A stretch of DNA of 64,000 nt, taken from Candidatus Eiseniibacteriota bacterium (GTDB taxonomy: Bacteria; Eisenbacteria; RBG-16-71-46; CAIMUX01; VGJL01). Location of the stretch: positions 32,001-96,000 of the forward strand of contig JBHGAY010000002.1 in assembly GCA_041946735.1 (NCBI GenBank), given 5' to 3'. Below are positions 26,961-36,108 of this stretch, piece after piece. A program made the position numbers and the translations under genes. The notes beneath the pieces were generated by a model. That model did not search any database. It worked only from the letters and a program-made list of their open reading frames with translations, and was not told the origin of the DNA. Each line of letters begins with the position of its first letter. Position 1 is the first letter of the stretch.

Positions 26961-27923
26961 CTACGCGCGCACGCGCTCCCCGCTCGCGGTGATCCACGTT
27001 CCCGCGCGGCCGGCGAGCGAGTCGTGCAGCGTCGCGGGGTTCGTGATACAGATCTCGCGGCCGCCGGAGCGCAGGAACCAGATCGCCGCCGCGATCTTCG
27101 GCCCCATGCTGCCGGGCGGGAACTGCCCCTGCTTCAAGTAGCGCTCCGCGTCCTCGACGCTCATCCGCTCGATCCACCGCTGCTCCGGCTTACCGAAGTC
27201 GATGGCGACGCGCTCGACGGCCGTGACGATGATGAGCGACCGCGCGCCCAGCTCGAGCGCGAGCACGACGGAAGCGAGATCCTTGTCGATCACCGCTTCC
27301 ACACCTGCGAGCGTTCCGTCGGGGCGCTCGATGACCGGAATCCCCCCGCCGCCCGCTGCGATCACCACGTGACCCGACTCGTGGAGCTTGCGAATCAGCG
27401 GCAGCTCGACGATGCGGCGCGGCATCGGCGAGGGGACGACACGTCGCCAGCCCCGTCCCGCGTCCTGGACCATCCGCCATCCCTTCGACGCCTGGAGCTC
27501 GCGGGCGCTCGCCTCGTCGTAGAACGGGCCGATCGGCTTCGTCGGGTGCTGGAATCCCGGATCGGTCTCGTCGACGACCGTCTGCGTGATGATCGTCGCG
27601 ACCTCGCGCGAGATGGAAGCTTCGCGAAGGAGGTTCTGAAGGGTCTGCTGCATCATGTAGCCGAGTCCGCCCTGGGAATCGGCGCCGCAAACGTCGAGCG
27701 GCATCGGAGGGATCTCTTGGCGGACCGCTTCGTTGCGGATCAGGATGTTCCCGACGATCGGGCCGTTGCCGTGCGTGAACACCACGGGGCGCTCGCGCAC
27801 CAGGTCGATCGTCTGCCGCATCGTCTCCCGCGTGATCCGGAACTGCTCCTCGATCGTCCCGGCCTTCCCGACCGGCAGGATCGCATTGCCTCCCAGGGAG
27901 ACGACGACCGATGACTCCATCAC
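26961..27923 (-). CDS. arcC: carbamate kinase
   Basis: LGGNAI, THGNGP.VG, PTKPIGPFY, RRVVPSP, GGGGIPV, VIDKD and GSMGPKI motifs. Confidence 0.96.
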   Translation of the reverse strand: MMESSVVVSLGGNAILPVGKAGTIEEQFRITRETMRQTIDLVRERPVVFTHGNGPIVGNILIRNEAVRQEIPPMPLDVCGADSQGGLGYMMQQTLQNLLREASISREVATIITQTVVDETDPGFQHPTKPIGPFYDEASARELQASKGWRMVQDAGRGWRRVVPSPMPRRIVELPLIRKLHESGHVVIAAGGGGIPVIERPDGTLAGVEAVIDKDLASVVLALELGARSLIIVTAVERVAIDFGKPEQRWIERMSVEDAERYLKQGQFPPGSMGPKIAAAIWFLRSGGREICITNPATLHDSLAGRAGTWITASGERVRA

Positions 27924-28148
27924 TCCTCCCGGAAAATGTCCATCCTACCCGAAAGGGTAGGATGGCGTGGGAAGGGATCCGTTCGGATTCCGCGGAGGAA
28001 GCGGGCGGATCCACCCGCGTCCTCGCTTCTGAGATCGACCGCCTCCCGCCTGGTCTTTAGGTTTCGGTCGCGACGGCCGGCTTGGCCGGGCTCGCTGGGG
28101 CGCGAGGCGCCGCGCGGAACTGCTCCGGGACCCGCTCGGCGCAAAGCG

Positions 28149-28186
28149 CCTGCCGGCCGGATCCCTCGGGTCTTCCGGCCGGCAGG
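28149..28186 (-). terminator. hairpin downstream of the aminotransferase gene
   Basis: CCTGCCGGCCGG / CCGGCCGGCAGG inverted repeat. Confidence 0.6.
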
Positions 28187-28204
28187 TACCGTTGCGCTCG
28201 GCTA

Positions 28205-29371
28205 CTACTTGGAAAGGCCGGAGATGTACTCCCCCATCCTTTGGAGCGCCTTCTGGATGTTCTCGACGGAGTTGGCGTAGGAGAGCCTCAGATAGCCCAT
28301 GCCGTAGGAGCCGAACGAGGTCCCCGAGAGGACGGCCACTCCGGCGGTGTCGAGCAGCTCCTTCGCGAGCTTCGGCGACTCCATCGGAACCTTCTTCACG
28401 TTCGGGAAAGCGTAGAAGGCTCCCTTCGGGGTCTTGCAGCTCACGCCGGGGATCTTGTTCAGGCCCGCAACGACGACGTCGCGACGGCGCCGGAACTCGG
28501 CGACCATTGAGGCGACCTCGTCCTGGGGACCGAGCACGGCCCGCATCCCGGCCCGCTGCACGAAGACGTTCGTGCAGGAGTTGGAGTTGGTCATCAGCCG
28601 GGTCACGTGCGCGGCGAGGTCCTTGTGCATGAGGCCGTACCCGAGCCGCCAGCCGGTCATCGCAAAGGTCTTCGAATGTCCGTCGAGGACGATGACGCGG
28701 TCCTTCATTCCGGGAATCTGCGCGAGCGAGATCGGCTCCCCCTCGTAGACCATCCGGTTGTAGACCTCGTCCGACAGCACCCAGATGTCGCGATTGCCGA
28801 TGATCTGCGCGATCCCCTCGAGGTCCTTCCGGGACAGCACGCCCCCGGTCGGGTTCTGCGGCGAGTTCAGGATCAGGAAGCGGGTCTTGTCGGTGACGAG
28901 CGAGCGCAGCTCGTCGAGGTCGATCGAGAAGTCCTTCTCCTCACGAAGAGGAAGGGGGACCGGCTTCGCGCCGATGAACTCGATGACCGACTCGTAGATC
29001 GGGAATCCGGGGTTCGGGTAGATGACCTCGTCCCCCTCGTCGACGCACGCGAGCAGAGAGAAGAAGATGATCGGCTTCGCGCCAGGCGTGACGACGACGT
29101 TCTCCGCGCTGTAGTCGAGGCCGCGGAACTCGCCGGCCTTCTTCGCCAGCGCTTCGCGCACCTCCATCAGTCCGGCCGAAGGACCGTAATGCGTGTACCC
29201 CTGGTCGAGCGCCTCCTTCGCCGCATCGCAGATGAAGCGAGGCGTTGCGAAGTCCGGCTCGCCGATTTCGAGGTGCACCACGTCCCGGCCCTGACGCTCG
29301 AGCTCCTTCGCTCGTGCCAGAACCTCGAAAGCGGTCTCGGTTCCCAGTCTCGACATCCTCTTCGCGAACAT
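28205..29371 (-). CDS. PLP-dependent class I/II aminotransferase (AspC-like)
   Basis: GEPDF, NSPQNPTG, SDEVY and SKTFAMTGWRLG motifs. Confidence 0.93.
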   Translation of the reverse strand: MFAKRMSRLGTETAFEVLARAKELERQGRDVVHLEIGEPDFATPRFICDAAKEALDQGYTHYGPSAGLMEVREALAKKAGEFRGLDYSAENVVVTPGAKPIIFFSLLACVDEGDEVIYPNPGFPIYESVIEFIGAKPVPLPLREEKDFSIDLDELRSLVTDKTRFLILNSPQNPTGGVLSRKDLEGIAQIIGNRDIWVLSDEVYNRMVYEGEPISLAQIPGMKDRVIVLDGHSKTFAMTGWRLGYGLMHKDLAAHVTRLMTNSNSCTNVFVQRAGMRAVLGPQDEVASMVAEFRRRRDVVVAGLNKIPGVSCKTPKGAFYAFPNVKKVPMESPKLAKELLDTAGVAVLSGTSFGSYGMGYLRLSYANSVENIQKALQRMGEYISGLSK

Positions 29372-29601
29372 GATCCGTCCTCCCTCCCGAGTCCCCTGGT
29401 CGTGCGCCGGATGACTCGCCCCTGTCCCCTCCCCGCGGCCCGCGCGCACATCGTGCCTGCCTAGGGGGAAACCGATCGCGATCGGCGCGCGAGGCCCCCG
29501 TTCGAGGAACCGCCCCGCTGCGCACCGCCCGATTCTAGCACGCGAGAAGTGGCCCGATCACGCGCCGCGGTGCGCCGGTGTGCCCCGGAAGGGAGCAAGT
29601 G

Positions 29602-29690
29602 ACGCGAACGGCGCCAACGGCGCCAACGGCCCGCGGCCCCCGCACGGCGTGAACGGCGCGGACCACGCGAACGGCGCCAACGGCGCGACG
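29602..29690. repeat. intergenic 9-bp repeat (AACGGCGCC)
   Basis: Several aacggcgcc/aacggcgcg copies in two blocks. Confidence 0.7.
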
Positions 29691-29772
29691 CGGGCACTGG
29701 ACCGGGCCAAATCCGGGGAGAGCCGGCGGGAAAGGCGCGGCGGCATCGAGCGAGGACCGGCGGCCAAGGGGG

Positions 29773-31290
29773 CTAGCGCCTCCGATCCAAACCGGCCCGG
29801 ACGTCCCAGGGCTCCCAGGCCGGACGTTCACGGCGGGCGAGCCGGGCGAGCGCCTTGGCAAGATCCGCGTCCTTCTTGAACTCGTCGAGGATGACCGAGT
29901 CGAGACGGGAACGGTAGACCCGCGCGTAACGGGTGACGAGCTCGGACTCGGGCGGCTCGAGTCCGTGGAGCGGACGCTGCGAGGAGGGCAGGTCGGTTTG
30001 CTCGCCCGTCTCTCCCGCGCGCCACAAGTCGACGATCTGCGACGCTCGCGCCCGGGTCCCCGGTTGTTCCCCAGCGCCGCGCGGCAGCCGAGTGCGAGCC
30101 CACCCCCGTCCTTCTCGAAACAGGAAGACGGACACCTCCCGAAGATCGCCTTCGCATAGCACGAATCCGAGCGTCGTGTCGCGCCTTGCGGGCAGGGGAC
30201 CGCCCGGATGCACCTCGACCTGCTTGTTGAACGGCGGCATCTCGCGCCGGATCGACTCCGATTCGAGGAGGAGAGCCTCGAGCTCCGAAGGAGCGGTCTC
30301 CCAGTCGAGAGAGCGGATCTCCTCGAGGAGCGCAGCCCGTCTCGCATGGTCGCGGCCGAGGGGACGGAAGTAGCTCATCACGCGGCGGCGCAGATCGCGC
30401 GACTTGCCGACGTAGAGCAGCCGGTCGTTCTCGCCGCGGAAGCGATAGATGCCGGGTCGCTGCGGCAGATCGGCCAGGGTCTCGCGATCGAAGCGGCATC
30501 GCGAGAGGTCGACCGGCACGTTCGCGGTCGACGCCTCGATCTCGTCCTGGATCCAGGAAAGCGGCTGATCGCCGCGTGCCGCGAGGAGGCGTTCCAGAGC
30601 GAGACGGCACTGATGCAGGCGCTCGCGGAGGAGCGACGACTCGTCGGACGCGAGGCTGGGATCCTCGACCGAAGCGGAAAGAACGTCGACCCCGGGAATG
30701 CGGCGGCGCCGCGCGCCGATCGTCGTGTCGCGGCTCGACGATCTTGGCGCCGCCGGCGCCCGAGGCGGCGGCGGGGACGGCGGCGGGCCGAGACGGAGAG
30801 CCGCGGTGAGGTCGAGGATCCGGTCGTGCAGGACCGGCAGGCCGAACCCCTGCTCCCACGCGTGGAGCTGCTTGCGCGTCGCGGCGGCGCTCGTGGTGCA
30901 GATCAGCCTCGACTCGAGCAGAGGGGCGCAGCCGGCCAGACCGGCGCCATCCCAGCGCGCCATACGGGCCTCGCCGTCCCTCCCGAATACCGGGTCGACC
31001 ACCTGCGCCCCCATCGCCGTCCTTCCCGGCTGCCCCGCCGCCTCGATCGTCTCGACGAGGAGCAAGGGATGCGAAAGGAGCGACGGGCCCGGCAGCGAAC
31101 GCGCGAGCCAGACGCCCGCGGCGTTCTCGCGGAAGCGGATATCGCCGGCGAGAATCGCGCGGACCAGCCGGTCGGTCCCGGCCGAGGGCGACTGGATCTT
31201 CAACACTTCGCGGGCGATCTCCTCGGAAGTCCACCCGCGGAAGGACGCGTGCATGAGCGCATAGAGCGAGTCTCGGAGGTCGCCTTTCAA
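29773..31290 (-). CDS. UvrC/Cho-type GIY-YIG nuclease fused to a degenerate DnaQ-like region
   Basis: LPQRPGIYRF...LLYVGKSRDLRRRVMSYF, ELEALLLE...PPFN; TTG start follows GAGGAGG. Confidence 0.75.
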   Translation of the reverse strand: MKGDLRDSLYALMHASFRGWTSEEIAREVLKIQSPSAGTDRLVRAILAGDIRFRENAAGVWLARSLPGPSLLSHPLLLVETIEAAGQPGRTAMGAQVVDPVFGRDGEARMARWDGAGLAGCAPLLESRLICTTSAAATRKQLHAWEQGFGLPVLHDRILDLTAALRLGPPPSPPPPRAPAAPRSSSRDTTIGARRRRIPGVDVLSASVEDPSLASDESSLLRERLHQCRLALERLLAARGDQPLSWIQDEIEASTANVPVDLSRCRFDRETLADLPQRPGIYRFRGENDRLLYVGKSRDLRRRVMSYFRPLGRDHARRAALLEEIRSLDWETAPSELEALLLESESIRREMPPFNKQVEVHPGGPLPARRDTTLGFVLCEGDLREVSVFLFREGRGWARTRLPRGAGEQPGTRARASQIVDLWRAGETGEQTDLPSSQRPLHGLEPPESELVTRYARVYRSRLDSVILDEFKKDADLAKALARLARRERPAWEPWDVRAGLDRRR

Positions 31291-31665
31291 CGAGGTCCTC
31301 CTCGTCCGCGCATGGGAGAAGATGCCGGGCGGTGGCGAACGCCGGTCCCGACGCAGGCTTTCTGGTTGCCGATCGTTCGCGCGGGGCGTACGGTCGGATT
31401 TCCTCCGAACGTCCGGGGCAGCTCGGACTTCGACTGTCGCGTCGGTTCCCACGCGCGCGGCTCGACTCGAAAGCGAAGCGGAGCGAGGGGGCACGCCTTC
31501 GGGTCGTGGCCACGGAGATTCGAGGAGTCGCGAGCGGCGGTCCGCCGGACTGAGGAGATAGCTCGCAAACGACGGGGGGTGAAGCGCGCACGCGCCGCCC
31601 CCCGATTCTTCGCTCTCCGTCCCCCCGTCCGGGCCTTCGACACTGCGCGGAACATCTCCGACAGG

Positions 31666-33201
31666 CTAAGGACCGCCTCGCTGCGCTGTCAATGCGACCG
31701 CGCGGCGCTCCGTGTCGTCGAGCCGCAGCGCGAGACGGATCTCCGTGGCCCCCGGCCGCAATCCTCTCCGCGTGCCCGGAGCGATCCGCTGAATCAGGCG
31801 GAGCGAGCCGGCGACCGGCCGGCGGCCGGCGTTGAAGTCGATCTCGAGCCTCGTCGCCGGGTCGTCCCCGCTCTGATCGTCACCGGTCGCGCCGATTCGA
31901 TGGGAGCGCGAGCGCGTGAAGTCCTGTCGCAGGAGAAGACGAAGATCGCCTTGGCGCCGCACCCCCCTCCATCCGACTTCCCATCCGAAGCTGCGCGAGG
32001 AGGCGTCTTCGCCGGCTCGTGCCGCGATCCGAAGCGCGCCGGGAACGGGCAGGCGCCGCCACGGTGCAGCGAGCGCGAGCGAGACGCTCGTGTATGAGGA
32101 GCCGATCGTTGCCCGCGCGTCGAGCCAGCCCGACCTCGCGGGGAGGACCGACCCGGTCAGCCGCGCCGCGGCGCGGCGCGACCCGGAGAGCACGGTAGCG
32201 GCGAGCCGCGCGCGCAGGCCTGCGAGGGAGCGATCCAGGCGAAGGTCGGCTCGCGCTGCCGCTCCATCTCGACGACGCCCGAGCGACAGGGCGGCGCCGG
32301 CATCGATGCGCTGCTGTCGATCCTGGAAGCAGAACGAAGCGATCGGTGGACAGCCGGAGGGCCTCTCGAGACGAGCCGAGACGTGCAGTCCGGCCGGCGC
32401 GAATCCGATTCCGCCACCGGCGCCGCGCCCCGGGCGCATCCCGGCCCAGAGGACGGTGCCGCGGCCGCGCTCCCGGAGGAGCAGAAAGCCGGGCGTCCCC
32501 CCTCCCTCCCCTTCTTCGCGCCAGAGTCCCGCGAGAAGGCCCGGGAGGGAGAAAGCCGCCCCGGCAACGGCGCGGTCCTCGCGAAAGACTCCCGAAGGTG
32601 CGCAGAGAACACGGGGCGACGCGGATGCGAGCGGGTCGGCCCAGGGATCGCCGCCGCGGACTCCGAGACGCACGGTTCCGGCACGCGCACGCCAGGGCGG
32701 GCGCACGCCACGCGCGATCGCAAGCGGGTCGGCGGCCATCTCGATCGCTGCGTGCGTGAGTCGCGAGGAACGCCCGCCGCTGCCCTCGCTCGCGATCTCT
32801 GCACGAACACGCCCGGCGGCGACCACCGTGCGGGACGCAATTCGCGCGCGAGAGCCGGCCGGACGCAACAGCGAGAGCCGTGCCGACCCGCGCCCGCCGG
32901 CCGATTCATCCGGGAGGTCGAAGCACGGAAGCCACTGCAGCAACCTCTCGCGCGGGATCCCCGTGCGGTCGAGACGCTCTTTCAGGTCTCCGGGTCCCGG
33001 CCCGGCGATGGACAGGATCGCCTCGATCTCTTGCGGCAGGATCCCGGGAAGTCGCGCAACTTCGGCCGGATCCGGATCGAGGAGATCGATGCGCGGCGCG
33101 GTCTCGATCGATTCGCCCGGACGAGCGGGCGACGGCGCCAGGAAGACGGCGACGAGCAACGTCGCGACACCAGCGCGGCCGGGCCTCAGTCGAATGCGCA
33201 C
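31666..33201 (-). CDS. secreted protein with degenerate ComEA-like HhH and a beta-rich C-terminus
   Basis: Signal peptide; IDL..DPAEVARLPGI; third gene of an overlapping trio. Confidence 0.5.
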   Translation of the reverse strand: MRIRLRPGRAGVATLLVAVFLAPSPARPGESIETAPRIDLLDPDPAEVARLPGILPQEIEAILSIAGPGPGDLKERLDRTGIPRERLLQWLPCFDLPDESAGGRGSARLSLLRPAGSRARIASRTVVAAGRVRAEIASEGSGGRSSRLTHAAIEMAADPLAIARGVRPPWRARAGTVRLGVRGGDPWADPLASASPRVLCAPSGVFREDRAVAGAAFSLPGLLAGLWREEGEGGGTPGFLLLRERGRGTVLWAGMRPGRGAGGGIGFAPAGLHVSARLERPSGCPPIASFCFQDRQQRIDAGAALSLGRRRDGAAARADLRLDRSLAGLRARLAATVLSGSRRAAARLTGSVLPARSGWLDARATIGSSYTSVSLALAAPWRRLPVPGALRIAARAGEDASSRSFGWEVGWRGVRRQGDLRLLLRQDFTRSRSHRIGATGDDQSGDDPATRLEIDFNAGRRPVAGSLRLIQRIAPGTRRGLRPGATEIRLALRLDDTERRAVALTAQRGGP

Positions 33202-34103
33202 TGCACTCCCCATCGAGTGCCGAGGGACGATGCCGGCTCCGACCAGATGCCGACACGAAGCCGGTCGCGCACGCGGATCTCGAGCGCCGGGGCGAGCGAG
33301 AGATCGGGAAGCCGCACGATCTGCACGAGGCGGATGCCTTGCGGACCCCACCACGAGATGCCCGCGCGCGCGGCGGGCGCCCGCGCGGGAGCGGGCGAAC
33401 CCACGGCCCATGCGATCGCCGATTCAACCGCGAGCGTCGGCGCAAGCGGCACCGATGCCGACCCGACGAAGCGCGAAACGGGAGCGCTCGACTGCGTGGG
33501 GCCGATCGCCATATCTTGTGCGACTGCGGCAAAGCGGAGTGGCCCGGCGCGCAAGGTCCCGCCGAATGTGAAGGCCGCGCCCTCGCGTGCCCGCGCGCGA
33601 TCTCCCCAGGCGACTCTCCAAAGTCGTACGCCGGCGCAGAGGGGCCCGCGGCGGCACGAAACGCCGGCCGCCTCCTCTCGATAGAGGTCTTCGCACGCAA
33701 GCGTGAACGCCTCGATCTGCCACGCGGTCTTCCTGCGGCGCAGGCCGAGAGTCGCGTGACCCCAGGAGAGCCCGGCCAGCTGCGCGGGCTGCGCGAAACC
33801 GAGGGAGGCGGTCCATCCCCCTTTTGTCGCGTCTCGCGCGCCGCTCGCGAACGCGTCGTCGGAGAGGATCCAGCCCCAGTCGCCCATCGCCGCCGGCGCG
33901 CGGCCGGGGATCGTCTCGAAGCAGGCCGACACGCGCGATCCCGGTATCGAGAGGAAGAGGGCGAGAGCGAGAGCGAGGACGCGGAGCCCGAGCCTCCGTC
34001 GCCTTCCCGGATCGCTCGCCGTCGCGGCCTCGGCGATCGGCGCCATCGTCGCCACCGTCGCCCTCGTCGCCACCGTCGCCCTCGTCGCCACCGTCGCGCT
34101 CAT
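33186..34103 (-). CDS. putative outer-membrane beta-barrel protein
   Basis: FE...GRAPAAMG N-terminal motif, LYREE, alternating beta pattern; ATVATR repeat at the N-terminus. Confidence 0.5.
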   Translation of the reverse strand: MSATVATRATVATRATVATMAPIAEAATASDPGRRRRLGLRVLALALALFLSIPGSRVSACFETIPGRAPAAMGDWGWILSDDAFASGARDATKGGWTASLGFAQPAQLAGLSWGHATLGLRRRKTAWQIEAFTLACEDLYREEAAGVSCRRGPLCAGVRLWRVAWGDRARAREGAAFTFGGTLRAGPLRFAAVAQDMAIGPTQSSAPVSRFVGSASVPLAPTLAVESAIAWAVGSPAPARAPAARAGISWWGPQGIRLVQIVRLPDLSLAPALEIRVRDRLRVGIWSEPASSLGTRWGVQCAFD

Positions 34104-35995
34104 CGCGACGACCCGGGCGGAGCGACGGCGATCGCAGCGCGTCGCGCCTGCTCGCGCTTGCCCGCGCGCTCCATCTCCAGCACGACGACGTAGAGCCCCG
34201 GCCTGGCCGGGCGCGACTGCTCGTCCGTTCCGTCCCAGAATGCGACCAGACGGCCGGCAACCTTGAGGCCGCTCAAGAGACAGCGGCGCGTGGCGCCACA
34301 GAGGTCGAGGATTCGCAGGTCGACGGTCGCCGGCTCGGAGCCGATCTCCGCCTGGATTTCGCACCGGTCCTCGCCAGGCGACAAGACGCGCGGCCGGACG
34401 GCGATCCCTTCCGCAGCGGCGATCGGATCACGCGACGGAGAGCCGAGCGCTCCCGGGCTGCTCCCCGCCGGATCCGTGCAGGCGATCCAGTCGGAGGGCG
34501 ACTCCGCCGATCCCGATCCCCAGCGCTCGAGCGAGATCCCTGCGGCCGGCGAGGGGCCCGGCATCGCCGCATCGAGAACGATCCCCCGAGCATCCCGGAG
34601 TCGGATCGTGTCGGCGATCCCTCCGTCGCTCGCGTCGTTTCGCAGGCGCGGCCAGCTCCCTTCGTACGAGAGCAGCCGCGCGGCATCGAGGCCCGGATGG
34701 GCGGCGAGCATCCGCAGGGAATCCTCGGCGACGAGCGCGACGGCGCCGCCTTCCGCGCTCGAGTCGGCGGCGAAGCGAGCACGGGCGGCCTCGGTGGGGC
34801 GGATCGAGCGGCCTCTCACCTCGATCGAGAATTCGAGGATTGCCGCACCGGCCCGCCGGCCCCCGACACCGAACGCACCCGGCGCAGCGACCGTCGAATC
34901 GGGCGGTTGTCGGGGCGAGGCGAGAGCAATCTCGATCCATTCGCAGCCATTCTCGTGCGGCCTCGCCATCACCTCGGTCACCCGCACCGGGGCCGCTCCG
35001 ACTCCGACGCGAAGCGTATCCGCATCGTTCTCCGGAACCGGGTCCCGGCTCGCGATGCGCACCGTCCATCGGGTTTCCCCCGGATCGCTGGGCGCCCGGA
35101 GACGCACCACGCGCTCGCGCTCCTCTCCCGGCTCGAGCGTTTCCCCGAACCCGACGACGACCGCCCCGGCGCCCTGCGTCTCGAGCTCGACGTCGGGCGC
35201 TGGACCCCGAAAACGTCCGCGATTCGTCACCGCGATCCTCGCTACGACCTCCGCCCCCTCGCGCGGCCGCTCGGGAGAAATGGCGAGCCAGCGAGCCGAC
35301 CAGTCCTCGTCGGGACGGTTCGGCCGCCCGGGACTCGGTCGCGCGGACTCGAAGTCGGCGGAGTTGTCGTCGGTGTCGATGCCGTCGAAGCGGCGGGCGA
35401 GGCTGCAACCGGATCGAGCGGCGGGCGCGGGACGTCCCTCCACGAAGCTCGGATCGAGCGGAGCGCCATAGCCGATCCTGTCGAGCACGACGCCGTTCTT
35501 GCAGAGACGGATGGCGTCGGGACCGTTCTGCAGGCCGAGGTCCGCCTCCTCGCCTTGCCCCGGACCGGGCGCGCCGATGCGATAGAACCCGCCGGGTGGG
35601 ATCGCCCGCCCGCTGCCTCCTCGCCAAACCGTCTTCCATTCGCCCGGATGCGAGCCGTTGCCCGCCTCGACGGTGAGGCCGTCGAGCGGCGCGGCGAAGA
35701 CCGAGGTATTCACGAGCTCGACGAACTCCTGTCCCGCGTCCGGTCCGGCGGGATCGTAGAGCAGCTCGTTGACGAGGAGCGAAGCGTTCGAGCCCGCCGT
35801 CGCGACGAGGAGGCCCAGCGCGGCAACGAAGAGGCCCAGCGACGCAACCGCGAGCCTCCGGCGCACCAGGCCCGGACCGAGAGCGAGAGCGAGAGCGAAC
35901 GCGAACGCGAGAAGAGCGAGCGCGAGAAGACGACCGAACGCGAGAACACGAGCGAGCGCGAGCAAAACCGGATCCCTCCCTGCGCGGCGGCCCAC
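34100..35995 (-). CDS. lamin tail domain protein (2x LTD, CARDB-like) with FlgD-like CTD
   Basis: VNELLYDP...EFVELVN, VTEVM...EWIEI, WDGTDE...PGLYVV; start uncertain. Confidence 0.8.
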   Translation of the reverse strand: MGRRAGRDPVLLALARVLAFGRLLALALLAFAFALALALGPGLVRRRLAVASLGLFVAALGLLVATAGSNASLLVNELLYDPAGPDAGQEFVELVNTSVFAAPLDGLTVEAGNGSHPGEWKTVWRGGSGRAIPPGGFYRIGAPGPGQGEEADLGLQNGPDAIRLCKNGVVLDRIGYGAPLDPSFVEGRPAPAARSGCSLARRFDGIDTDDNSADFESARPSPGRPNRPDEDWSARWLAISPERPREGAEVVARIAVTNRGRFRGPAPDVELETQGAGAVVVGFGETLEPGEERERVVRLRAPSDPGETRWTVRIASRDPVPENDADTLRVGVGAAPVRVTEVMARPHENGCEWIEIALASPRQPPDSTVAAPGAFGVGGRRAGAAILEFSIEVRGRSIRPTEAARARFAADSSAEGGAVALVAEDSLRMLAAHPGLDAARLLSYEGSWPRLRNDASDGGIADTIRLRDARGIVLDAAMPGPSPAAGISLERWGSGSAESPSDWIACTDPAGSSPGALGSPSRDPIAAAEGIAVRPRVLSPGEDRCEIQAEIGSEPATVDLRILDLCGATRRCLLSGLKVAGRLVAFWDGTDEQSRPARPGLYVVVLEMERAGKREQARRAAIAVAPPGSSR

Positions 35996-36108
35996 GCGGC
36001 CGCGCAGGAGAGGCTTTGGCAGGATCGATGCCGGGTGGCAGCGCCGCCCGGCGAGGCGTGCGACCCTTCCTCAGGGAAGCAGGCAGGACGGGATCGTACA
36101 GCCGAGCG

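Noticed and set aside
31300..31560. Possible cobalamin riboswitch upstream of the GIY-YIG gene (GGGAA...CTGCCCC)
   Set aside because: The spacing and B12-box elements do not fit, and the downstream gene is unrelated.
36018..36033. sigma54-like CGGCAT-N5-CTGC upstream of the lamin-tail trio
   Set aside because: It is a weak match that also reads on the opposite strand, and chance hits are likely at this GC content.
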